NCBI GenBank assembly: GCA_017942005.1
Contig: JAGAVJ010000003.1
Coordinates: 101,700 to 165,699 of the forward strand
Direction: 5' to 3'
Length of the DNA stretch: 64,000 nucleotides
Origin: Clostridia bacterium
Lineage (GTDB): Bacteria; Bacillota; Clostridia; Oscillospirales; CAG-272
Positions 1 through 10,700 of this stretch are shown here, in pieces (positions within the stretch are counted from its first letter, which is position 1; each line of letters opens with the position of its first letter). The translations under genes were made by a program, and so were the position numbers. The notes beneath the pieces were generated by a model. That model was not told the origin of the DNA. It made no database searches and saw nothing but the letters and a program-made list of their open reading frames with translations.

Positions 1-642
1 CATTTCAATTCTGCAACCTTCTCCATTCTGACCATGACAGATATGGTACGTCCGATTCATTTTTATCTGTCGGAAGAAGGCTTTGCATGGGTGCATGCCA
101 TGATGGAACTTGAAAAGGAGGAAACCGGTTCGTTTGGGCAGATGCTTTGCTCCCTGATTTCCCAAAAGAAGATCGTATTTCATGCACTGAAGCCATATGA
201 AACCTATACCATCGGCACAAAGACCGTCACACCGATTAAAACCGTACACCGCGGATACGGAACGGGTGAAACTGCGCTCAACTACATCATTGCATGGGAG
301 CGCGGCATCTGGCTGTATGCGGCGGACACCAGCCTATACGGCACGGAAAATCTCACATTTTTGAATGCGTATGCACAAAAGCACGGGGCGCTCGACACGA
401 TGATCTTTGAGGGTACATTCGGCTCAAACGCGCTGCCGCAAAACAGCGGTCATATGGATGTGTACCAGCTGTGCCGTCAGTTTTCCGATCTGCGAGCGGT
501 ATCCGCTCTTGATGACCACACGCGGGTGTACCTGACGCACATCAATCAGGTACAGCATTTTTCCCACGCAGAATATCAGCAGTATATGGATATTCATGCC
601 GACGCCCATGTTACCGTCGCCCACGACGGCATGCGAATTTGA
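1..642 (+). CDS. MBL-fold metallo-hydrolase (PhnP-like), C-terminal part; 5' end lies outside the window
   Basis: The frame is open from nt 1 into the listed ORF 34..642. The C-terminal pattern SGHMDV...RVYLTHINQ resembles MBL-fold hydrolases. The N-terminal HxHxDH motif is not in the window. Confidence 0.5.
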   Translation, partial: HFNSATFSILTMTDMVRPIHFYLSEEGFAWVHAMMELEKEETGSFGQMLCSLISQKKIVFHALKPYETYTIGTKTVTPIKTVHRGYGTGETALNYIIAWERGIWLYAADTSLYGTENLTFLNAYAQKHGALDTMIFEGTFGSNALPQNSGHMDVYQLCRQFSDLRAVSALDDHTRVYLTHINQVQHFSHAEYQQYMDIHADAHVTVAHDGMRI

Positions 643-739
643 ATTTTTGCGGAAGGCAGTCTGCGCCAAATCCGCACAAAATTCAAAATTTCTACAGTTA
701 ACGACGAAAATTTGTTTGTTTCTCTTTGCGTTTTCGCTC

Positions 740-768
740 TTGCAAAATTCTCCTTTTTATGATATACT
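740..768 (+). promoter_or_regulatory. sigma-A-type promoter upstream of the MATE gene
   Basis: TTGCAA (740-745), 17 nt spacer, TATACT (763-768), preceded by TGa. Confidence 0.5.
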
Positions 769-825
769 ATATGATGCATGTTCTTTTTTTGACATTCTAT
801 TTTAAACGTAAAAGGAGTAAGCGAG

Positions 826-2211
826 TTGAGACGAAACATACTGAAACAATTATTTGCCCCAACCGATATGACCGTCGGAACACCGTGGAAGAGCATTGCC
901 ATCTTTATTCTTCCCATGCTCATCGGCAACATTGCACAGCAGATGTACAATACGGTAGACACTATCGTCGTCGGCAAATACATCGGTGACAATGCGCTGT
1001 CCGCGGTCGGTTCTGCCGGTCCGATTGTCAATATGCTGCTGGTGCTGTTCATCGGCATATCCGCCGGTGCAACCATTATGGCTGCACAATACTATGGTGC
1101 GCGCAACAGAGAAAGTCTTTCCCATACGGTCGGAAACTGCATTACCATTACGGCGCTCTGCTGTGTCGCTTTGATCGTGGTGATGCTGCCGCTGATCGAG
1201 CCTTTGCTGGTTTTATTGAAAACACCGCAGTCCATTCTTGCGGACTGTACCGCATATTTGCAAATCTGCGTTGTCGGTATCGGCGGACTTGCCTATTACA
1301 ACATTCTCTCCGGTATCATCCGCGGTATGGGCGACTCCGTTTCCGCGCTCATCTATCTGCTGGTAGCAACGGTTATCAACATCGTCCTCGATATCTTTTT
1401 TGTAGCAGTATTGAAAATGGGTGTTGCAGGCGTTGCGCTTGCGACTGTTATTGCACAGGTGATTTCCTCTGTCTGCTGTGTAGTCAAGCTGGCACGGATG
1501 CGGGAAAATTTTGATCTTTCTCTAAAGCACTTAAAGCCGATTGGCAGCTATATGAAGACAATTGTCCGTCTCGGTCTTCCAGCCGGACTGACGCAGGCAA
1601 TTTTCTCCTCTGCCATGATTATTGTGCAGTCCTTAACCAACAGCTTCGGCGAACAGTTTATCGCCGCAAACGTGGTAATCATGCGTGTGGACGGCTTTGC
1701 GATGATGCCGAATTTTTCCTTCGGCACAGCGCTGACCACCTATGCCGGACAGAACATCGGCGCGAAAAAGTTTGACCGCGTCACACAAGGCGCAAAGCAG
1801 GGTACGCTGATGGCAGTTGGCTGCTCCTCAATTATCACAATTCTGATCCTCTTGTTCGGCAAAGGACTGATGCACATCTTTACCGACACCCAGTCCCTTG
1901 TGGAACTGAGCTATTCGCTGATGAAAATTCTTGCCGTCGGTTACATCGCCATGGCGGTGACGCAGAGTCTCTCCGGTATTATGCGCGGTGCGGGTGACAC
2001 CATGACACCTATGTGGATTTCCCTGATTACCACTGTTGCCGTGCGTGTTCCGGTTGCATACGGCATTTCGTTTTTAACAAGGACCGAGGAGCTTCCCTTT
2101 GGCCGCCAGGAATGTATTCAGATTTCCCTGCTCGTTTCATGGGTCATCGGTGCGCTTCTGACCGCAGCCTTTTATCTGCGCGGAAAATGGAAGGATAAAG
2201 CAATTCAATAA
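826..2211 (+). CDS. MATE family efflux transporter
   Basis: 461 aa polytopic hydrophobic ORF. TTG start 8 nt after AAGGAG. The N-terminal PMLIGNIAQQMYNTVDTIVVGKYIG...ALSAVG pattern is typical of MATE/NorM proteins. Confidence 0.85.
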   Translation: MRRNILKQLFAPTDMTVGTPWKSIAIFILPMLIGNIAQQMYNTVDTIVVGKYIGDNALSAVGSAGPIVNMLLVLFIGISAGATIMAAQYYGARNRESLSHTVGNCITITALCCVALIVVMLPLIEPLLVLLKTPQSILADCTAYLQICVVGIGGLAYYNILSGIIRGMGDSVSALIYLLVATVINIVLDIFFVAVLKMGVAGVALATVIAQVISSVCCVVKLARMRENFDLSLKHLKPIGSYMKTIVRLGLPAGLTQAIFSSAMIIVQSLTNSFGEQFIAANVVIMRVDGFAMMPNFSFGTALTTYAGQNIGAKKFDRVTQGAKQGTLMAVGCSSIITILILLFGKGLMHIFTDTQSLVELSYSLMKILAVGYIAMAVTQSLSGIMRGAGDTMTPMWISLITTVAVRVPVAYGISFLTRTEELPFGRQECIQISLLVSWVIGALLTAAFYLRGKWKDKAIQ

Positions 2212-2224
2212 AAGGTACGATGGG

Positions 2225-2461
2225 TACGAAGATACGATGGGGAGGCGCTTTTTGAAAAAAGCGCCTCCCCAAACCCCACCGCAAAAACCTTTTTGGGGAA
2301 AATTTTTTCTCATTCGGTTTTTGCGGTGTTTTTCAATCAAAGAGCTTGCTCCATAGAGTGGAATTAATAAAACTTCCATTATAATGCGATCTGTTTTAAA
2401 ATTCCATTTCCCCAAAAAAGTTTTTAGGGGTTTCAGGGGGATTTTTTCAAAAATCCCCCTG
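2225..2461. repeat. MITE-like unit: two inverted palindromic arms flanking a core of about 110 bp
   Basis: Left arm is GGGGAGGCGCTTTTTGAAAAAAGCGCCTCCCC + AAACCCCACCGCAAAAACCTTTTTGGGG (2239-2298). The right arm is the inverted counterpart, CCCCAAAAAAGTTTTTAGGGGTTT + CAGGGGGATTTTTTCAAAAATCCCCCTG (2410-2461). Confidence 0.7.
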
Positions 2462-2568
2462 AGCGCGTCCTCTTCCCCTCCGCGAAAAAACCTCTTGCAA
2501 AACTGCGGGTTCTGTAGTATAATAAATCTGTTTAAATAAAAAAAGGAAGTAGAAGGATATACAGTTTT

Positions 2569-3804
2569 ATGTCAGAGAGAAATTATCCCGCCGTTGTGGT
2601 GGACGATCGCTGTGAAGCGCGTCTGCGCGCGGGGCATGTATGGGTCTATGCGTCCGATGTCAAAGAAATGAAAGAAGTACCGGAAAATGGCGCGATCTGC
2701 GACGTCTATTCTCGGCGCGGACGGTATTTAGGCAGCGGATTTTATAACGAAGCGTCGAAAATCCGGGTACGCATTGTGTCGTTCAACGCAAACGACCGTT
2801 TTGATGCACCGTTTTGGGAACGGCGCGTGCGATATGCCATTGAATACCGCCGCACAGTAATGGCAAATGCCGCGGACTTTCTCTGCTGCCGGCTGATTTT
2901 TGGTGAGGCAGATCAGATGCCGGGGCTGACGGTCGACCGCTTTGGAGACGTATTGGTGACAGAAACCCTGTCGCTTGGCATGGAGCAGCGCAAGGATATC
3001 ATCTTTCCCGCCATTGTGCAGACGCTTGCCGACATGGGTGTCCCCGTGCGTGCACTGTATGAGCGCAACAATGTCGCCATCCGCGGACTAGAGGGCATGG
3101 AAGAAACGGTTGGATTCTATCACTGTGCTGGACTGGATGCAAATCCCACGATGACAGAAACGGAAATCTGCGAGAACGGCATTTATTATTATGTCGATTT
3201 TATCGGCGGTCAGAAAACGGGCTTCTTCCTTGATCAGAAGTACAACCGCCTTGCCGCAGCGGGTATTGCACGCGATAAACAGGTACTTGACTGCTTTACA
3301 CACACCGGTTCCTTTGCACTAAATGCCGCAAGGGGCGGCGCTGCACATGTAGATGCAGTCGATATTTCCGCCGATGCCGTCCAGATGACGCGCCGGAACA
3401 TCCAGCGCAACGGACTTTCCGATAAAATCGATGTCATCTGCGCCGATGTGTTTGCATATTTAGATGAATTAAAAGAAACGAAGCAGCATAAATACGATAT
3501 GATCATCCTTGACCCGCCTGCGTTTACCAAAAGCACCGAAACAGTGAAGCACGCCTATGCAGGCTACAGAGAAATCAACCGCCGCGCAATGCAGCTGCTT
3601 CCGCGCGGAGGATACCTTGCTACCGCATCCTGCTCGCACTTTATGCCCGCAGACCTGTTCTGCCGGATGCTGCGGGAAGCCGCCTACGACGCCCACGTCA
3701 CACTGCGCCAGATTGAAGCGCGCAAACAGGCGCCCGATCATCCGATTTTATGGACCGTCCCCGAGACCGATTATCTGAAGTTCTATATGTTTCAGGTTGT
3801 ATAA
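2569..3804 (+). CDS. class I SAM-dependent rRNA methyltransferase, RlmI/YwbD-like (PUA-like N-terminus plus MTase)
   Basis: 411 aa. QKTGFFLDQK, VLDCFTHTGSFAL (SAM-binding loop) and ILDPPAFTKS motifs are typical of RlmI-type 23S rRNA m5C methyltransferases. Confidence 0.8.
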   Translation: MSERNYPAVVVDDRCEARLRAGHVWVYASDVKEMKEVPENGAICDVYSRRGRYLGSGFYNEASKIRVRIVSFNANDRFDAPFWERRVRYAIEYRRTVMANAADFLCCRLIFGEADQMPGLTVDRFGDVLVTETLSLGMEQRKDIIFPAIVQTLADMGVPVRALYERNNVAIRGLEGMEETVGFYHCAGLDANPTMTETEICENGIYYYVDFIGGQKTGFFLDQKYNRLAAAGIARDKQVLDCFTHTGSFALNAARGGAAHVDAVDISADAVQMTRRNIQRNGLSDKIDVICADVFAYLDELKETKQHKYDMIILDPPAFTKSTETVKHAYAGYREINRRAMQLLPRGGYLATASCSHFMPADLFCRMLREAAYDAHVTLRQIEARKQAPDHPILWTVPETDYLKFYMFQVV

Positions 3805-3993
3805 ATGCATCCGTACCAAGTACCAAGGTATCGAAGCATGTTTTCCTTATGATTTGTCCATATGAAGCCTCCGCACCCAAGAGTTGCGGAGTCCAAAAAA
3901 ATTGCACAAACCGGTTGGTTGCAATACCGCAAAGAACATGGTATAATTATCATGCTGTGCAGCGCAATATATTTACATAAGGGAGAATTTGGA

Positions 3994-4671
3994 ATGAGCT
4001 TCGGAAAAAATTTGCAGTTTTTAAGACATTTGCGCGGAAATATCACCCAGGAAGCTTTGGCAGAAAAGCTGAATGTCAGCCGCCAGACCGTATCAAAGTG
4101 GGAGCTTGATATGGCGCAGCCTGAAATGGACAAGGCGATAGAGTTATGTAAAGTGTTCAATTGTTCCTTAGATAATTTGTTCCGGGAAGAAATGGATGCT
4201 TTCAGCGACGCCTATACCAATCTGCGGATTGAGATTGTCCCGGCATTCCGCTATATCAAGTATGCAGTGATCAGCTGCGATCCAGAGGGGGACGCACTTA
4301 ACAGAATGTTTAACATTGCCCGTGACTTGGGCGTGGAGCATCCCCGTGTCATTGGCTGGGATTTCCCCAATCTGTCAAATGAACAGATCAATGTTTTCCA
4401 TATGCATGGCTATGAAACGGCGTGGATTTTGCCGGAGGGCATTGTTGTGCCAAACATGGAAATTCATATGCAGGCTGCGCATAAATACGCGGCGGTACAT
4501 ATTGAAACGCCGTTTGATAATCCGTTTGTCACCATTCCAAACGGATATAAAACGCTGTCGGAATATATGCGTGTCAACGGTTTGGAGCCGGATTATACGG
4601 CACGTGATGTGATTCCCTGCTTTGAAACGGACGGAGACAGCATGGATATCTATATCGCCTGCAAACCGTAA
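3994..4671 (+). CDS. XRE-family HTH regulator fused to a GyrI-like/effector-binding domain
   Basis: ATG at 3994 lies 7 nt after GGGAGA. N-terminus FGKNLQFLRHLRGNITQEALAEKLNVSRQTVSKWE is a classic XRE HTH. The C-terminal ~150 aa resembles GyrI-like ligand-binding domains. The upstream part of ORF 3862.. lacks an RBS. Confidence 0.75.
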   Translation: MSFGKNLQFLRHLRGNITQEALAEKLNVSRQTVSKWELDMAQPEMDKAIELCKVFNCSLDNLFREEMDAFSDAYTNLRIEIVPAFRYIKYAVISCDPEGDALNRMFNIARDLGVEHPRVIGWDFPNLSNEQINVFHMHGYETAWILPEGIVVPNMEIHMQAAHKYAAVHIETPFDNPFVTIPNGYKTLSEYMRVNGLEPDYTARDVIPCFETDGDSMDIYIACKP

Positions 4672-4878
4672 TTAGACGGATTCATGGGGAAAACTTTTTT
4701 GAAAAAAAGATTTTCCCCAAACCCTTTTCAAAAAACTTTATATGTATAAATCAAATCAAAACGGTACGTTTTTTGCTTGATTTATACATATTTTATTGGT
4801 TTCTCTGTTTAAAAGTTTTTGCGGTGGAGTTTGAGGAGGTGCTTTTTTCAAAAAGCATCTCCTCATCGTACTCACATT
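4666..4878. mobile_element. MITE-like palindromic element (copy 2); its left end overlaps the stop codon of the upstream gene
   Basis: GGGGAAAACTTTTTTGAAAAAAAGATTTTCCCC arm, internal inverted repeat TATGTATAAATCAA...TTGATTTATACATA, conserved block TTTATTGGTTTCTCTGTTTAAAAGTTTTTGCGGTGGAGTTTGAGGAGGTGCTTTTTTCAAAAAGCATCTCCTCATCG, and the terminal sequence ACTCACATT. Confidence 0.65.
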
Positions 4879-4948
4879 AAAAATAAGAAAAAACACCATG
4901 GTAAAACGGGATGATCGTCTGAATAAACGCATCGCCTGAAGATGTCAC

Positions 4949-4990
4949 GGGCTGCTGCAAATTTTCAACTTGCAGCAGCCTCCGTTTTTT
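4949..4990 (+). terminator. Rho-independent terminator (GGCTGCTGCAA...TTGCAGCAGCC hairpin family)
   Basis: Perfect 11 bp stem GGCTGCTGCAA/TTGCAGCAGCC followed by TCCGTTTTTT. Confidence 0.65.
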
Positions 4991-5071
4991 CATGGAATAG
5001 GAACGGTCTCACCAAATTTGTGCCGAAATTGTGAAAACAAAAAACAGTATCTGAATTCTGTATGAACACTC

Positions 5072-5100
5072 TTGACAGCAATGTGCAGATATGATAAAAT
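5072..5100 (+). promoter_or_regulatory. sigma-A-type promoter of the moxR operon
   Basis: TTGACA (5072-5077), 17 nt spacer, TAAAAT (5095-5100) with TGa extension. Confidence 0.6.
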
Positions 5101-5133
5101 GGAATAAAAAAAGACATAAAGAGAGGTACCCGC

Positions 5134-6219
5134 ATGATAGAGACTATGCAGCAAAAGACCCAGATTCCGGACGCGCCGCAGACCGTTTTCCGTGATATTT
5201 ACGCGATGACAGACGCTCTTGTTGCCGAGGTAGAAAAGGTTGTGATCGGTAAAACACATGAAATTGTCATGCTTGTTACAGCACTGCTTGCCGGTGGGCA
5301 TGTCTTAATTGAAGACGTTCCCGGCGTTGGAAAAACCACGCTTGCTGCGGCACTTGCCGCTGCCTGCGGACTGAAGTTCAAGCGTGCACAGTTCACACCG
5401 GACGTCATGGCGTCCGATATTACGGGTTTTCATATCTATAACCGTCAGACAGAATCCTTCGAGTTCCGGGAAGGTCTTGTCATGACCAATATTCTGCTTG
5501 CTGATGAAATCAACCGTGCCTCTCCCAAAACACAGTCGTCTCTTTTGGAGTCTATGGAAGAAGCCAACGTTACCGTAGACGGTACGACCTTCCATATTCC
5601 CGAACCGTTTTTTGTCATTGCAACCGAGAACCCGACCGGATTTGTCGGTACTTATCCGCTTCCGGAGGCACAGCTGGACCGTTTTACCGTCAAAATCTCC
5701 ATCGGTTATCCAACCGCAGAAGAGGAAATCAACATCATCCGCACCCGGAAGCATGAAAATCCCATAGACCATGTCAAAGCCGTAACCGACGCGGAAAAAA
5801 TCATACAGTTAAAGAACGCTGCTGCCGACGTTTATGTCGATGACGCCATTTACGATTACATTGTCCGTCTGATTGGCGCAACAAGACGGCACAGTGCGCT
5901 TGCGCTCGGCGCTTCTCCCCGCGCATCCCTGGCGCTTTCCAAAATGGCACAGGCATATGCCCTGATGCACAAACGGGATTATGTCATCCCGGAAGACGTC
6001 AGTGCGATTTTTGTCAATACCGTTGCACACCGTATCATGCTGCGCCAGGAGGCAAAGCTGCAGCGTATGACCCCGGAGGTCATTCTGCGTGAAATTCTCC
6101 GTGCCGCCGAGGTCCCGTTTATTGGAACGCGTGCTTCCGATGCGTCACCTGTCTCTGCCGAAACACAAAAAGAACGCGGTGCAGATGCAGACAGCGGAGA
6201 GGGTAAAGACCGGACATGA
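5134..6219 (+). CDS. MoxR-family AAA+ ATPase
   Basis: Walker A EDVPGVGKTT, Walker B ILLADEINRASPKTQSSLLE, then FFVIATENP. Typical MoxR/AAA_3 architecture. Confidence 0.9.
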   Translation: MIETMQQKTQIPDAPQTVFRDIYAMTDALVAEVEKVVIGKTHEIVMLVTALLAGGHVLIEDVPGVGKTTLAAALAAACGLKFKRAQFTPDVMASDITGFHIYNRQTESFEFREGLVMTNILLADEINRASPKTQSSLLESMEEANVTVDGTTFHIPEPFFVIATENPTGFVGTYPLPEAQLDRFTVKISIGYPTAEEEINIIRTRKHENPIDHVKAVTDAEKIIQLKNAAADVYVDDAIYDYIVRLIGATRRHSALALGASPRASLALSKMAQAYALMHKRDYVIPEDVSAIFVNTVAHRIMLRQEAKLQRMTPEVILREILRAAEVPFIGTRASDASPVSAETQKERGADADSGEGKDRT

Positions 6220-7724
6220 CAGGAATTGACAAAAAAGAAACGAGCAGCAAAGCGGAAAAACAAAAAGAAAAAGAACAGAAAAAGCGGCTGAAAGCGCTGC
6301 AAAAAGAGAAAAAACGCGCTGCATTAAAGTCTTATCCGACCGTTTCCCTTACCAAAAACGCGCTTTGGTATGCAGGCTTCTTTGTGTTTGCGTTTCTCTT
6401 TACGCAGGCGCTGCGTTCACCGCTCTCGTCTGTGCTGTTTCTGTTTGCAATGCTGCTGCCGCCGATTTTATTTTTGTATGCCTTAACGGCGATTGCGTTT
6501 GTCAGTGATTCAAACACTGTGGAAGCGGAAACCGTGCAAAAGGAAACGCCGCTTTCCTATGAGCTGATGCTTGCCAACAACGGCGTTCTGCCGTATCCGT
6601 ATATGGAAGCCGATTTGCGCTACCCTGCAAAAGACGGTGTGCACTGCGATACAAAGCGCGTCGGATTTTCGCTTGCGCCGATGGGAACGTACCGTATCCG
6701 GGATCGGGCGGTGTTCCATTACCGCGGCGGATATGAAATCGGTATCTGCGATGTGTATGCATACGATATGCTGCGGCTCTTCCGCATCCGGATGCGGCGC
6801 GATAATCTGCGCCCTGTATTTGTGATGCCGCGCAGACACGTTGTCACCATGGAGGGGTTAGGCGCGGCAAGTGAAATCAACACGACGGAGGTGCGCAATC
6901 TGCGCGGCTCGGACCGTACAGAGCTGACCGAGATCAGGGAATATCAGATTGGAGACGGTCTGCGCGATATCCATTGGAAGCTGTCGTCCAAAACGCAGGA
7001 CTTCATGGTCAAGCATTACGGTATGAACGCCTGCCGCTCGATGTGCTTTTTGCCTGATCTCGGCGCACATTATACCGATCCGATGGAAAAAGGATTATAT
7101 GAAGAAGATATCAATCTCTGCGCTGCGGACGCTGTGATTGAAATGACCATTGCGCGCATGCTCTCCGCGCTGCGCAGTGAAAACAATGTCTGTACCCTGC
7201 TCTGGTATGACCGCCGTGCGGTTTGGAACAGCACAACAGCAGCGGAAGGGATAAATACACAGCAGGACATTCTGGGGAAATCCCGGGGAACCGACGTTCA
7301 AACGGCAGTCAAAACAGGTGCATTCAGAGAAAGACTCGGTTATTTTTCCGAGGTTATGTACAACACGCTGGACTTTGAACGTGCGTATTCTTCTTTTGCA
7401 ACCGCACCGCTGCACGATCCAGCCTATTGTGCCGCCTCTCTTGGAAGGTTTATGATCGAGGGTGAAGGTGTTTCCTACGATATCGTGACATCGCATCTTG
7501 ACGAAACACTGATTGCCCAGATGCAGGAGTCCATCCGTGACTATTCCACCGCGGTGCTGAATGGCGGCGTACATGTCTACTGCTACGATCCCGCACGGAA
7601 AATCATTGACCCCCAAACACGTGCGGCACATCGGGACGAAATGGAGCGCATCACTGCACAGCTGCGGTCTGTTGGAATTGACGTCGTCATTTTTGATTCT
7701 ATGGAGATGTTCCGTGAAGGATAA
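6216..7724 (+). CDS. DUF58 domain protein (MoxR partner), N-terminal membrane anchor
   Basis: ATGA start/stop overlap with moxR. EIREYQIGDGLRDIHWKLSSKT is the hallmark DUF58 motif. There are two TM helices after a Lys/Glu-rich N-terminus. Confidence 0.8.
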   Translation: MTGIDKKETSSKAEKQKEKEQKKRLKALQKEKKRAALKSYPTVSLTKNALWYAGFFVFAFLFTQALRSPLSSVLFLFAMLLPPILFLYALTAIAFVSDSNTVEAETVQKETPLSYELMLANNGVLPYPYMEADLRYPAKDGVHCDTKRVGFSLAPMGTYRIRDRAVFHYRGGYEIGICDVYAYDMLRLFRIRMRRDNLRPVFVMPRRHVVTMEGLGAASEINTTEVRNLRGSDRTELTEIREYQIGDGLRDIHWKLSSKTQDFMVKHYGMNACRSMCFLPDLGAHYTDPMEKGLYEEDINLCAADAVIEMTIARMLSALRSENNVCTLLWYDRRAVWNSTTAAEGINTQQDILGKSRGTDVQTAVKTGAFRERLGYFSEVMYNTLDFERAYSSFATAPLHDPAYCAASLGRFMIEGEGVSYDIVTSHLDETLIAQMQESIRDYSTAVLNGGVHVYCYDPARKIIDPQTRAAHRDEMERITAQLRSVGIDVVIFDSMEMFREG

Positions 7725-7736
7725 AAGAAGGGAGAA

Positions 7737-10700
7737 TTGGTTTTGCATTCAAAACAGAAAACAAAAAAGATTGCGTCAGAAATAAAGAGCCCGGATGCTG
7801 CGATTTCCAATCGCAGGGAGGAAAACCGCAGGTTTTTAAACCCGGGAGAGCAGCAGCTTTCCGGTACATGGATGACCTATGCGGGACTGCTTCTGCGGCT
7901 GGTGCCGTCGTTCTGTCTGGTGTTTGGTCTGTATCTGTTTACCGACAACGCCTTTGGAATGCAGACAGACCGTGTGTTTATCGGTATTGCAATCTTCTTT
8001 ACACTGCTGCTCGTTTCCGTCATGTGCTGGAACCGTATTGTCCGCATCCTGGGGATTCTTCTGCTCTCCGGCGGCGTTGCTGCATTCTTTGGGTATGCAG
8101 CGGCACACGGCGTTCTTCCGCACACCGTTTTATGGACGCTTCTGCGCAGTCTTTATAATTCCGCAATTTCCCATATGATGACCGTCGGGTACGGCGTGCT
8201 TTATGTATTCAAGGCAGAAAGTCCGCTGTCCGCAGAAGCGGAGCTATTGTATGGGCAGCTTGCGTTCTTTCTCTTGCAGCTATTTTTTTCCGCGCTCTGT
8301 GCAGCATGCAGTGCAAAGCGTGTCCATGTGTGGCCGATTGCCGCTGTGACGGCAATTGACTTTACACTGGTGTTCTTATACAATATTTCCACCTCGAAAT
8401 GGGGACTTGCCTTTGCCGTTGCCGGCATCTGCGGTCTTCTATGTCTTTGGGGCGGAGACCGTCTGACACGAAAGGCGGCGGAAACATCTTTGGATATCGC
8501 TGCATCGGACAGCCCCAAAGAAGCGGAAGCGGCTGCACTTCCCAAAAGCAAAAAAGGCAGTATCCGAAAAAGCAGCGCTGCCCTCGGTTATTCCGCGGTA
8601 TTCTGTACCGCGCTTGCACTGTTTGCGGCTGCACTTCCCGCATCGCAGGTCAAGAACAGCTGGAAAACCTATGATACCATTGATACCGTGATGGAAACCA
8701 TCCGTTCCTATGAAATGGCGCTGATCACGGGTGAGGATATGCAGATTGCAGACCTTGGTCTGACCGGCGCCGCGGAAATTCTGAATGCACGTTCCGCCAT
8801 TGCAACACCGCGTTCGTTTACGGGGAAAACGGTACTTGAGGTACAGTCCAACCTTACGCAGCCCATTTACCTGCGTTCGTGGATTTCCTCTGCATACAAA
8901 GATGATTTATGGCATGTGGCGGATGAAACGACAAGGGACGCGTTTGACCAGATGTTTTCCGATGACTTCCGCGCGGAGGATATCACATATCGGTTTTACC
9001 GCAATTTGAATCCCCGGCTTGTAAGGTTCAACTCCCGTACATCCTATGCAAACCATGAGGAAGACGGCTTCATGACAACGCTGGTTTCTCTGCGAAACAT
9101 GGGGGTGGCAGGCAATATCCTGTTTCTGCCGTCGCGCTTTGATTCCGCGCGTTCCCTGCTCGCATACGGAAGCCTTGACGAACCGTATACAAAGAAGTGG
9201 ATCAACTATTTCGACGGCATCGCGTATTCCCGCGCCTTCCACAAGGGTGCAAGATATTCCGCTGTGACAAACATTCCCTTATATAAAGACGAAGGATGGA
9301 TGCAGTCGCTCAACAAAAAGCTTGCAGCCTATCATGATATCATGGCGGCATTCCTTGAAAATCGCTGGAACAGCGGCAGCGAAGACGACCTTTCTGCGGC
9401 GCTGGAACGTCAGCATGCATTCTGTACCCTTCATCATGATTCTCTCGACCGATTTGCAGATTACCATGCGGCGCTGTCAGAAGAAGAAAAGTCCCTCTTT
9501 TCAGAGGAGCTTTTCGAGGTTTACCAGTATCACAACTATATTATGGACGAAGGCCGCTATACCTCTTTGACAGAGGATGAAGCGCTGAACCGAAAGCTCC
9601 GTGCGCTGGCGCTGCAGATTGTCTTTGACGCGCCGCTGCCGGATACCGGACTGACCGTTGTGCAGGAGGGTGAAGGCGATACGGAATCCGTTACCGACAT
9701 GACCGACATCATCGCAGAGGAACTTTCGTCCCTGACAGTGGGAGATCTGGTGTATGGAATTGCGGCAACAGATGCCGGTAATCTGTACATCATCGACCGG
9801 AACGGCATTTCTGAAATCGGCACAGCCGATATCGGCTTCCCGGCGGATGAAACGGTGGTGCTGATTTACGGTATCACAGAAGAGACCTTTCACAACCGTG
9901 AAATCCAGGCGCTCCGTCCTTATGATGTCACAATAGGGACTGTTTACCGTACAGATGCAAACAGGGACGAACAGGCGTATACAGACGCCGCCGCGCTTGA
10001 TGCGCTGGAGGAAAAAGTCAAAGCCTTTGCCGCACAGCCGATTCTTACAAAGACAGAGATTCGCGGGGACGACGGTTCGCTGAGCGATATCGAATACCGT
10101 GTGACAGAGGGGTGTGAGTCATTATTCTATCAACAGCTGAAATATAACATCTACAGTGTTTCCAATTCTGATATCGAATCGTTTTACTATACCGCCTTTG
10201 CACAGCGCATTGCAGAATATCTTTCTAAAAACATGACCTATACGCTGAACCCGACGCTGGAGGGCATGGTCGACGGAATGTCGGCGGCAGAACGGTTTCT
10301 GTTTGTGACAAAGGAAGGCTACTGCGTGCAGTATGCAACTGCTGCAACGCTGCTTCTGCGTTCCCTCGGTGTGCCGACCCGGTATGTGGAAGGGTATATT
10401 GCGCCGAAGTTTGTGCGCAATCGCAACGAAAACCGTGTCGGGAACTACATTTGTGAGGTCAAGGATTCCAATGCACATGCATGGTGCGAAATCTATCTCC
10501 CGTATTACGGCTGGCTGACCACAGAGGTCACAACGCCGTATTACAGCGATCTCTATGACCCATATGAAACGATTGATTATACAACCAGCTTCCGTGAATC
10601 AAGCGGAGATGGATCAGCAAGCGAAATCACAGAAGAAACAGAAGAGGAGGACGATGAAGAAACGCTCTGGGACGTCTGGGGACCGACAGTGTGCATGTGC

